24,000 nt of DNA. It comes from Pseudomonadota bacterium. GTDB taxonomy: Bacteria; Pseudomonadota; Gammaproteobacteria; Halothiobacillales; Halothiobacillaceae. The notes under the pieces were generated by a model. The model was not told where the DNA came from, ran no database searches, and saw nothing but the letters and a program-made list of their open reading frames with translations. The DNA lies in the NCBI GenBank assembly GCA_040751855.1, contig JBFMGA010000003.1, positions 142,026-166,025 of the forward strand. Direction: 5' to 3'. Positions 7,958 to 14,809 of the stretch are shown here, piece after piece. Both the position numbers and the translations under genes were made by a program. Numbering within the stretch: position 1 is the stretch's first letter; each line of letters begins with the position of its first letter.

Positions 7958-8011
7958 AGGTGCGAATTCATTCGCACACCGCCAGCACCTTGTGCGAATG
8001 AATTCGCACCT
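7958..8011. repeat. REPIN-like double palindrome (two inverted REP-like units)
   Basis: aggtgcgaattcattcgcaca (7958-7978) and tgtgcgaatgaattcgcacct (7991-8011) are perfect reverse complements: 21-bp arms with a 12-nt spacer ccgccagcacct. Each arm is itself nearly palindromic (tgcgaat-NN-attcgca). Confidence 0.75.
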
Positions 8012-8049
8012 ACAGATCGGCACATGCCCCGGATAGCCTTTGCTTTGCG

Positions 8050-8466
8050 TCAAGCCTGATTGGTTTGAATCGCCCTGGTTTGAATCGACTTGGGGCGTGT
8101 CTTGTGAATCCGCGCCCCCGTCTGGAGTGTAGGACATACTGAACCGCCCCGAATTTTCCGGAGACACCGCTCTTTGAGAGGGTGGGGCGATGAAGACGAC
8201 AACGAGGCATCCCCCGTGACTCCGAGACTTCCGGGGCGGTTCACGACTAACCAGACCGCAACCCGCCAAATCGTGCCGAAAGCAGCACGCTGCCCACGGC
8301 GCGCGCGGAGGTGCAGCAGCGCCATGCCCAGCCCAAGCACGCTCAGCGCGGCGGCAGCCCAAGTGCGCACCGAGGTGAAGGCGAGATCGTCCAGTTGGCT
8401 GGCCAGCGCCAGGGCGATCACAAGCAACAGGAGCGGGAGCGCACGCAAGCTCATGTTCATGTTCAT
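8050..8466 (-). CDS. Hypothetical small membrane protein translationally coupled to creD
   Basis: Its ATG (8466-8464) overlaps the creD TGA (8465-8463) in an ATGA junction. The first ~75 codons are GC3-rich and encode three hydrophobic segments (LRALPLLLLVIALALA, WAAAALSVLGLGMALL, IWRVAVWLVV). The 3' third has poorer codon usage, so the true C-terminus is uncertain. Confidence 0.45.
   Translation of the reverse strand: MNMNMSLRALPLLLLVIALALASQLDDLAFTSVRTWAAAALSVLGLGMALLHLRARRGQRAAFGTIWRVAVWLVVNRPGSLGVTGDASLSSSSPHPLKERCLRKIRGGSVCPTLQTGARIHKTRPKSIQTRAIQTNQA
8061..8087. repeat. Two-copy direct repeat tggtttgaatcg with a 15-bp period
   Basis: tggtttgaatcg occurs at 8061-8072 and again at 8076-8087, separated by ccc. 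It lies just upstream (minus-strand sense) of the REPIN and the DsrE-like gene. Confidence 0.5.
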
Positions 8467-9785
8467 GCGGCTTCATCCTCAGCGGCGCGACCGAGACTGC
8501 GCCAGTCCAGCTTGCGGGTCAGCCACATGGTCAGCGCCAACAAACCGAAGATCAGCCAAACGCCCATGAGCAAGGCATAGTCTTCCGAGGCCAGCAGCAT
8601 AAACAGCCCCGCGTAGAGCAGCGCGTAACCGACCCCCAGCACGCCCGCCCCCAACCAATGGCCGAGCAGCGTGCGCCCATAGGCCGTAATCAACAGCACG
8701 CAGGCGCTCGCCGTAACGACATAGGCCAGACTGAAGGCAATGTGCTCGGACAAGGCGAGCAGCAACAGGAAAAACAGCACCACAGCGAAACCGATCAGCA
8801 GATATTGCAACGGATGCACCGACTTGCGCTTAATCATCTCGAACAAAAAGAAACCGCCCAAGGTCAACAGCACGAACAGAAAACCATAGCGCACGGCACG
8901 ATCGGTCTGGGTGTAGGCATCCACCGGATCAAGCAGCGAGACACCGAATGATTCGCTCAGCCAATGTTCCGGTTGCTCGGCATTGCGCGCATAGTTCGTC
9001 AAAACCTGATCGCCGCCAGTGGCGAAATCGCTGACCCGCCAGCGGGCATTGAATCCGTCGTGACCGACCTCGCGTGTTTCAGGCAGATACAGACCGGCGA
9101 AGCTGGGATGCGGCCAGCTCGATTGCAGGCTGAAATCGTTATTGGCCGCGACTGGAACCAAATCCAGACGAGCGCTGCCCGCCACTTCGAGATCAAGCGT
9201 CAGCCTCTGCACTTGATCCAAGTCCGCTGGAGTAAGCGGCACATGGAAGCCAAACTTGCTCGGCCCACCGGAAACGCCTGGCCGGGCGGCTAATTCATCA
9301 CCATCCGCCGTGACGATCCGCACCTGCTTGATGCCGCGCGGATCGGCGACACCGAAAATCAGCTCAGCCGCTTCAATCACCTGGCCGGGCTTGGGGGTAA
9401 AGGCGGGCATGACCGCCTGCAATTGCAGCGCCGCCGTATAAATATGCGCCCTGTAGATGCCTCGATAGCGCTCGGCCACCTCAAGACGGCCTTGGCCGGT
9501 GAGGCTGTCGGGGCGGATGACCTGGGAACAATCGTGACTGACGACCTGACGACGGCTGCCGTTGCTATCGGTCTCAATGAGATTGCTCGGCTCGCTGCAT
9601 TTGATCCAGAGCAGCGGCCCGACCAGCTGTTGCGCATGAGCGTATTGCTCAGCGATGGTTTGCACCACGCTATCGTGCGTGGCGCGACGTTCGTGGACTT
9701 TCCATTCCACTTGGCTGACGGCGAAAATCAGAATCAGCGCCAGCACCGCCAGCGCGAACAGTTTGGTATTGAGCAACTTGCCCAT
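8463..9785 (-). CDS. creD: Inner-membrane protein CreD
   Basis: 440 aa. It carries the conserved CreD blocks SSWPHPSF and HPLQYLLIGFAVVLFFLLLLALSEH (E. coli: SNWPHPSF, HPMQYLLVGLSLVMFYLLLLALSEH). There is an N-terminal TM anchor and a C-terminal multi-TM bundle. GGGAG Shine-Dalgarno upstream. Confidence 0.9.
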   Translation of the reverse strand: MGKLLNTKLFALAVLALILIFAVSQVEWKVHERRATHDSVVQTIAEQYAHAQQLVGPLLWIKCSEPSNLIETDSNGSRRQVVSHDCSQVIRPDSLTGQGRLEVAERYRGIYRAHIYTAALQLQAVMPAFTPKPGQVIEAAELIFGVADPRGIKQVRIVTADGDELAARPGVSGGPSKFGFHVPLTPADLDQVQRLTLDLEVAGSARLDLVPVAANNDFSLQSSWPHPSFAGLYLPETREVGHDGFNARWRVSDFATGGDQVLTNYARNAEQPEHWLSESFGVSLLDPVDAYTQTDRAVRYGFLFVLLTLGGFFLFEMIKRKSVHPLQYLLIGFAVVLFFLLLLALSEHIAFSLAYVVTASACVLLITAYGRTLLGHWLGAGVLGVGYALLYAGLFMLLASEDYALLMGVWLIFGLLALTMWLTRKLDWRSLGRAAEDEAA

Positions 9786-10014
9786 GATGAACTCCCGGTT
9801 GTGAAGACCGGGAAAGCTTGCTCGCTCTGTGTGGGGGCTTTGTGTGCGGGGCGTGTGGATTGGGTGGGGAATGGTGTTTTTGTGGATTTGGTCGGGTGTT
9901 GGTTAAATCCGTAGCGGTTTATTGATTGGTAATGCTGGATAGTGGCTCATCCGACGATGACAATCATCAAGATCGTGATTCATCTGTTATTCCAACGCGT
10001 TTCAAGCACAAAAC

Positions 10015-12456
10015 TTATAACGTTACTCCGCAACACTTCTTGTATTTCTTTCCACTCCCACACGGGCATCGCTCGTTACGACCTACCTTGTGCCGCCCAA
10101 CCGTTGCGAAGTAAGCCTGAAAACGATTGCCCACCAAGCGCTGCGAGTAGTTCCTCAACTCATCGCTATCGACCCTTTCAATGTCTTTGTCGGAGAAGAA
10201 GATAGGCGTAACGATCTGAAGCCTCTTATCCGAGGAATAGTCCAGTTTTAGAGCCAATCGTTCAGATTCGTTTGCGAGCTGAATAGTAGCGAGTGTATGA
10301 ACTTTGACGAGATGATCGTCAGGACGAACCCCGCCCTCAATGGAGCAATAGAACGTTACTGGGACATCGCCTGTGCATGTGGCAGGCTTAGGCCGCCCCA
10401 CTTTCTGCTGCTCTTCCAATACCTGATCGATGAGGGCGCTTGCCTGGTTTCGAAAATCACCGCCCATGTCTAGTATCCAAGCGGCAGCCTTGCAGCGGCC
10501 TGGAAGCTTACTTAAGGCAAGAACATCGATGATTTCCTCCAGACGAGCCGGTATCGACTGACGAGGCAACTCATTAGGTTCTCCACTGATCTTCCCCGAG
10601 AAGAACTTGTCGAGGCTCTCTCTGTAGCCGTGCCAATGGATGGGAGTCTCAAACTGAAAATCTTCCGCGTAAGTTGAATAGTGGTTATGCGAAAGATACA
10701 GAGCGAGATGATCCAACTCGTCGTTGGTCTGAAGTGCCGGAGAGGAAAAAGCCGCTGCACGCTGTTCGAGGAAATGGCAAAAGATAAGGGGGTTATCAAT
10801 TACGTCTGCGAACACGCGAAGATCATCGACAGAAACCGTCCACACAGGACTGCTGCCGACATTTACGCCAAGTTCATGCAGATTTTCTGCCCTGGCGGCG
10901 AACTCAGTAAGTTGATCCAACGTAACGCAGCAGCGGGTAATCGACCGGAAATTTGTGTGCTCTAGCGTTCCAATCGGAAAGTGCCCCGAGTCATAGATCG
11001 TGACTTGCGGTTCGCTGCCAAGATATGCGCAGAATCGATCAGTCTGCTCGGAGGGCTTGCGCAGTAATGCATTGAGAGAGCTTATGTAAGCGGGGAAATC
11101 AGAGCTCGGTGGTGTGTGGGTAAAGGCACCCGCCCTTACCTCAACCACGATTAAATGGTCATCGTAGATCAACAGACCATCTGTCTCGCACCATTGTTTT
11201 GTCCCAGCGGAGCCGGTTGCCCACTGGTAATAAACCGATTGATATACCGTAGCCCCTGGAAGAAGCCGTCCCAAGAGAGAAAGCGGAAGCGCCTCGGAAA
11301 TATCTTTCTGGCGTGAATTCCACGTCTCTTTATAAGACGGATCCAAATTTGTAAGTGTTCGCTGGAATATTCGATATCCGTGGTCTGTGAATGGATAGAT
11401 GCCGAAGGTGTAGTACCTGCCGTCAATTTTTAGGAAAGGACGCTTCCAAATAGGTAATACCCGCAAGGGCCAACCGCTGAATGAGCCGTGTGCCATAAAG
11501 GTAGTGTCTTCGCCAAGTTGCCATGACAGGCAATCCAGCAGTGTTCGCGGCCAGCCCGTAACGGCTTCCATGTCAAACAAACCATAGCCCATCGCATCGC
11601 CATGAACTCTGTCGCGCCACTCCTCCCAACCGTTTGCGTGAATAACCTTGTCCATCAGCTCGGCTGGGCTACCCGTCTCGCCGGTAGTATCAATGGACTG
11701 CTGCAAAGCATCTAGGGTTGCTGTCCGAAAGTCATCCAGTGCCTCAAATGCGTCCCTTGGGCCTCGACTGAATTTGCCGATGATTTGCTCGATGCCGTGA
11801 ATGACTTCATCCGTGGAGACACCGAAGAGGTGTCTAAACTGCACATCATGCGGTGTGAGAAGGTCGCGGAAATGTGGAACATCGTGGCATAAATATCGAT
11901 CTCCTCGCACAGCAAGCCAATGTAATTGAGCCTGCACCGCAAATCGCTCTTGTCGCTCGTCAAAGTTCGGATCATTCCGCTCTGCCCATGCTGTGTGAGT
12001 TATAAGATATTCGGAGGCGATCTTATGTATCAGGCTAGCAATGTCAGTTGTGAGCATTGACCATTCGGTATCAGTCGGCTGCTCACTCTGCTTGGTGTGA
12101 GGCGTAACAGCACAGATCATGCTTTGTAGATATTCGACAATAAAACGCTTTTCGACCCCCTCCTTTCCTTCTTCGACTTCTGACTGAATTCCCATCGCAC
12201 TGAGGAAGTACTCCCAGTAAGCACGATGCAACAGTGGAAGCGGACTGAACCCTGCAACGGCCGTTGCGATACGCCGAACTATTTCATCAATTTCTTCGCA
12301 AACCTCATGATAGCGACCTGCTAGTCGCTCCATGAATTTGGCGTGCTGATCCTCGCTCATCCGATTCTGAAGAACGTTGATCTTCCCAAATCGCATCATC
12401 CTGAGCGGACCAATCTCAAAGCCTTCGTCGGCTGCTATCATTTTCTTCTTTCGCAT
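10015..12456 (-). CDS. Orphan 813-aa protein with a C-terminal SEC-C zinc motif and a tentative PD-(D/E)xK/NERD-like core; lower-GC insertion
   Basis: A single uninterrupted ORF with a purine-rich GGAAAGGA just before the ATG at 12456. The C-terminus is RNERCPCGSGKKYKKCCGVTL, a SEC-C motif. Residues 424-441 read ETDGLLIYDDHLIVVEVR (nt 11134-11187), which has nuclease-like D...ExK spacing but Arg in place of Lys. A/T-ending codons are common, unlike in the flanking genes. Confidence 0.85.
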   Translation of the reverse strand: MRKKKMIAADEGFEIGPLRMMRFGKINVLQNRMSEDQHAKFMERLAGRYHEVCEEIDEIVRRIATAVAGFSPLPLLHRAYWEYFLSAMGIQSEVEEGKEGVEKRFIVEYLQSMICAVTPHTKQSEQPTDTEWSMLTTDIASLIHKIASEYLITHTAWAERNDPNFDERQERFAVQAQLHWLAVRGDRYLCHDVPHFRDLLTPHDVQFRHLFGVSTDEVIHGIEQIIGKFSRGPRDAFEALDDFRTATLDALQQSIDTTGETGSPAELMDKVIHANGWEEWRDRVHGDAMGYGLFDMEAVTGWPRTLLDCLSWQLGEDTTFMAHGSFSGWPLRVLPIWKRPFLKIDGRYYTFGIYPFTDHGYRIFQRTLTNLDPSYKETWNSRQKDISEALPLSLLGRLLPGATVYQSVYYQWATGSAGTKQWCETDGLLIYDDHLIVVEVRAGAFTHTPPSSDFPAYISSLNALLRKPSEQTDRFCAYLGSEPQVTIYDSGHFPIGTLEHTNFRSITRCCVTLDQLTEFAARAENLHELGVNVGSSPVWTVSVDDLRVFADVIDNPLIFCHFLEQRAAAFSSPALQTNDELDHLALYLSHNHYSTYAEDFQFETPIHWHGYRESLDKFFSGKISGEPNELPRQSIPARLEEIIDVLALSKLPGRCKAAAWILDMGGDFRNQASALIDQVLEEQQKVGRPKPATCTGDVPVTFYCSIEGGVRPDDHLVKVHTLATIQLANESERLALKLDYSSDKRLQIVTPIFFSDKDIERVDSDELRNYSQRLVGNRFQAYFATVGRHKVGRNERCPCGSGKKYKKCCGVTL

Positions 12457-12517
12457 TGTCCTTTCCAGTTATGCGCCGATCTTGGTGCCCTATGAAACCG
12501 AGCTTATTGAACTCACT

Positions 12518-13966
12518 TCACAAAAGCGCACCACCCGCACTTTTATCCACAGGCAAGCTCAAACAAGCCTCAGCCCCGCCCTGCGGATGATTGTGCAATG
12601 CAATGTTGCCGCCGTGCAGGCGGGCGACTTCTTGCACCAGGTTGAGGCCAAGGCCGCTGCTGCGTTCGCCACTATCGGGGCGGGGCACGGAATAGAAGCG
12701 CTCGAACAAACGCGACTGGGCGTAGTCGGGAATGCCCGCGCCGTGGTCGCGCAGGCGTAGCCGGACGTGGTCGCCTTCTGTTGCGAGGTGAATTTCAAGC
12801 ACGCCGCCGCTCGGGCTGAAATCGGCGGCATTGTCGAGCAGGTTGGCGACCGCCTGGCGTAGCAGAAAACGGCTACCGGACACTTTGACCGGTGCCAGCA
12901 TGGTCTCCACCTGCAGCGCCTTGTTGGCCAGCCGTGCGGTACGGGTGGCGATCACGTCGCGGATCAGCTCATCCAAGGCGATCTCCTCGCGTTCGTCCAG
13001 CCGCCCGCGATTCTCGGCGCGCGCCAGGTTGAGCACGCCTTCGACGATGCGTTGCAGACGCGCCGTTTCGGCGGCGATATTGCTCTCCAGGCGGGCGCGC
13101 CGTTGCGGGTCATTTTCGTCCGGCAACAGTTCAATTGCGCCGTGGATAGCCGCAATGGGGCTTTTCAGTTCATGCGCCAACAGTTGCGAGACTTTCTCAA
13201 CATGCGCCTTGCCATCCAGTTCGGCGCGCAGATGTTCCAACGCCTGCGCCAGACGGCGCAGTTCGCTGCGGCCTTCAATCGGAATACGGTCGCGCTTGCC
13301 TGCGGCCACTTCGTTGGCGTAATCGACCAGGCGGCGCAGACCGCGCGTCATCCAGTAGGAAAAGCCCAGCGCCAACAGCAAAGCCAGGGCGAACAACCAG
13401 AGCGCCGATTCCCAGGCCTTGGCCTGGGTCAGGTCGATAAAGCTTTGGAAGGAGCTCGCGGGTTTGCCGACCGACAACACGCCGACGATCTGGCCTGCGC
13501 GCAGAATGGGCGCGGCCACGTACATGACGCTGCTGGCGCTGTCCGTGGCGTTTTCCAGCGTGGTGCGCGCGCCGTACTCGCCGCTCAGGGTGAGACGGAC
13601 ATCCCGCCAGCCGGAATAGTCCTTGCCGACATCAAGGCCACGGCTGTCGTAGATCACCCTGCCGTTCCTATCGGTGACGTAGATGCGCAAGTTCGGGTCG
13701 CTTTTGAGCACACCATAAATCCGCGCCTCGAAACGGCGTTTTTCATAGGCGCGGAAGATTTCCTCGATATTGGTCATGCCCTGTCGGCCATGCGGCGCTT
13801 CCCGCGAAGCGATCTCGGCCAGCAGGTTGGCGGTCTGCACCAGGGTTTCCTCGACCGACTGGCGCACCCCCGGCACGAGTTGGTCGGTGAACAGCTTCAT
13901 CGCCAGCAATACGCCCAGCGCGGCCACCAGGACATAGCCGACGAAGAAGCGGATGAAAAAATTCAC
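12518..13966 (-). CDS. creC: Two-component sensor histidine kinase, CreC-like
   Basis: 482 aa. The N-terminus FVGYVLVAALGVLLAMKLFTDQLVPGVRQSVEETLVQTANLLAEIA parallels E. coli CreC (LLGYFLLVAVAAWFVLAIFVKEVKPGVRRATEGTLIDTATLLAELA). It has an H-box HELKSPIAAIHG, an N-box LLDNAADFS, G1 DHGAGIP and G2 GLGLNLV. The GTG start overlaps the creB stop (GTGA). Confidence 0.8.
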   Translation of the reverse strand: MNFFIRFFVGYVLVAALGVLLAMKLFTDQLVPGVRQSVEETLVQTANLLAEIASREAPHGRQGMTNIEEIFRAYEKRRFEARIYGVLKSDPNLRIYVTDRNGRVIYDSRGLDVGKDYSGWRDVRLTLSGEYGARTTLENATDSASSVMYVAAPILRAGQIVGVLSVGKPASSFQSFIDLTQAKAWESALWLFALALLLALGFSYWMTRGLRRLVDYANEVAAGKRDRIPIEGRSELRRLAQALEHLRAELDGKAHVEKVSQLLAHELKSPIAAIHGAIELLPDENDPQRRARLESNIAAETARLQRIVEGVLNLARAENRGRLDEREEIALDELIRDVIATRTARLANKALQVETMLAPVKVSGSRFLLRQAVANLLDNAADFSPSGGVLEIHLATEGDHVRLRLRDHGAGIPDYAQSRLFERFYSVPRPDSGERSSGLGLNLVQEVARLHGGNIALHNHPQGGAEACLSLPVDKSAGGALL

Positions 13967-14655
13967 CTCGCGTCCCGCGCCAGGCTATAGCCCAGACCGC
14001 GATGGGTGCGGATCGGGTCGGCATCCGGCGCGCAAACGGCCAGCTTGGCGCGCAGGCTCTTGATGTGGGTATCGACTGAGCGTTCCAGACTGGCTTCGGC
14101 CAAATCGGCGGCATCCATCAGTTCGCTCCGGCTGAACACCTTTTCCGGTCGGACAGCCAGCGCTTTGAGCATCAGATATTCGGTGCGACTCAGATCCAGC
14201 GCCTGCGCCCTGAAGCTGATGATGGCACGCTCTTCATCGACAGCGATACCACCCGTTCCCGCCATGGTCGCAGACGGCGAGGCGCGCACGGGCTGCATAC
14301 GGCGCAGAATGGTTTTGACGCGGGCGGCCAGTTCGCGCGGACTGAAGGGCTTGAGGACGTAATCGTCAGCACCGATTTCCAGCCCCACCACCCGGTCAAT
14401 CTCGTCGGAGCGAGCGGTAAGGAAGATGATCGGAATATCGGAAAAACCGCGCACGCTGCGGCACAGCTCGAAGCCATTGCCGTCGGGCAGGCCGACATCC
14501 AGAATCGCCAGATCGAAACTGTGGGCGCGCAGCAGCGCCAGGCCGTCGGCGGCAAGCGTCACATGGTGGCAGTCGATGTTTTCCCGTGCCAGAGCCAGAA
14601 CCACGTTCTCGGCGATGGGGCGGTCGTCCTCGACCAACAGGATGGATGTACTCAT
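13963..14655 (-). CDS. creB: OmpR-family response regulator, CreB-like
   Basis: Starting at ATG 14655 (MSTSILLVEDD; GGAG 10 nt upstream) gives 230 aa. The blocks LDVGLPDGNGFELCR and FLTARSDEIDRVVGLEIGADDYVLKPFSPRELAARV closely parallel E. coli CreB. A winged-helix C-terminus follows. The 22 extra N-terminal codons in the track ORF are rejected. Confidence 0.8.
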   Translation of the reverse strand: MSTSILLVEDDRPIAENVVLALARENIDCHHVTLAADGLALLRAHSFDLAILDVGLPDGNGFELCRSVRGFSDIPIIFLTARSDEIDRVVGLEIGADDYVLKPFSPRELAARVKTILRRMQPVRASPSATMAGTGGIAVDEERAIISFRAQALDLSRTEYLMLKALAVRPEKVFSRSELMDAADLAEASLERSVDTHIKSLRAKLAVCAPDADPIRTHRGLGYSLARDAR

Positions 14656-14726
14656 GCGGTGATTGCTCCGATCTTGGCTGGCGACTTTTTGCACACAAGA
14701 CTTGCGCAGGCAAGCAGACATCCAAT

Positions 14727-14751
14727 AAAAAAGGAACCCCGGAAGGTTCCC
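14727..14751 (-). terminator. Rho-independent terminator after the HPF-CSD gene
   Basis: The minus-strand RNA reads GGAACC-UUCCGG-GGUUCC followed by UUUUUU. It lies about 60 nt downstream of the stop at 14810 and separates that gene from creB. Confidence 0.75.
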
Positions 14752-14809
14752 TGTCAGGCATTACCAATTCATTTCTTCGGTCTCAGCCGCCTGCCGACCC
14801 CGGCAAGCA

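Noticed and set aside
7904-8476. N-terminal 190 codons of the 363-aa track ORF (7385-8476)
   Set aside because: This frame reads straight through the REPIN palindrome (CRCEFIRTRCWRCANEFAP) and the direct repeat. Its composition is not protein-like. A well-placed internal ATG at 7903, with a Shine-Dalgarno and a signal peptide, explains the real gene.
9787-9805. Possible CreB 'cre-tag' on the minus strand: TTCAC-N9-TTCAT overlapping the creD Shine-Dalgarno and start
   Set aside because: The E. coli cre-tag is TTCAC-N6-TTCAC. Here the spacing is wrong, the second half-site is imperfect, and the position over the start codon is wrong for an activator site.
9919-9925. 7-nt ttattga found near both ends of the low-GC insertion (9919-9925 and 12504-12510), considered as a target-site duplication
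   Set aside because: A 7-mer of AT-rich sequence recurring once in 2.6 kb is expected by chance. No flanking inverted repeats or recombinase gene support it.
10018-10080. Reading the SEC-C motif as evidence that the 813-aa protein belongs to the SecA/YecA secretion machinery
   Set aside because: The motif is a short, portable zinc knuckle found on many unrelated proteins. Nothing else in the protein resembles the SecA ATPase or YecA domains.
10512-11975. Short ORFs nested in the 813-aa gene (10512-10799, 10681-10965, 11169-11426, 11712-11975), considered as possible antitoxin or partner genes
   Set aside because: All lie wholly inside the long ORF in other frames or on the other strand. None has a ribosome-binding site or recognisable motif. 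Lower GC simply permits short random ORFs.
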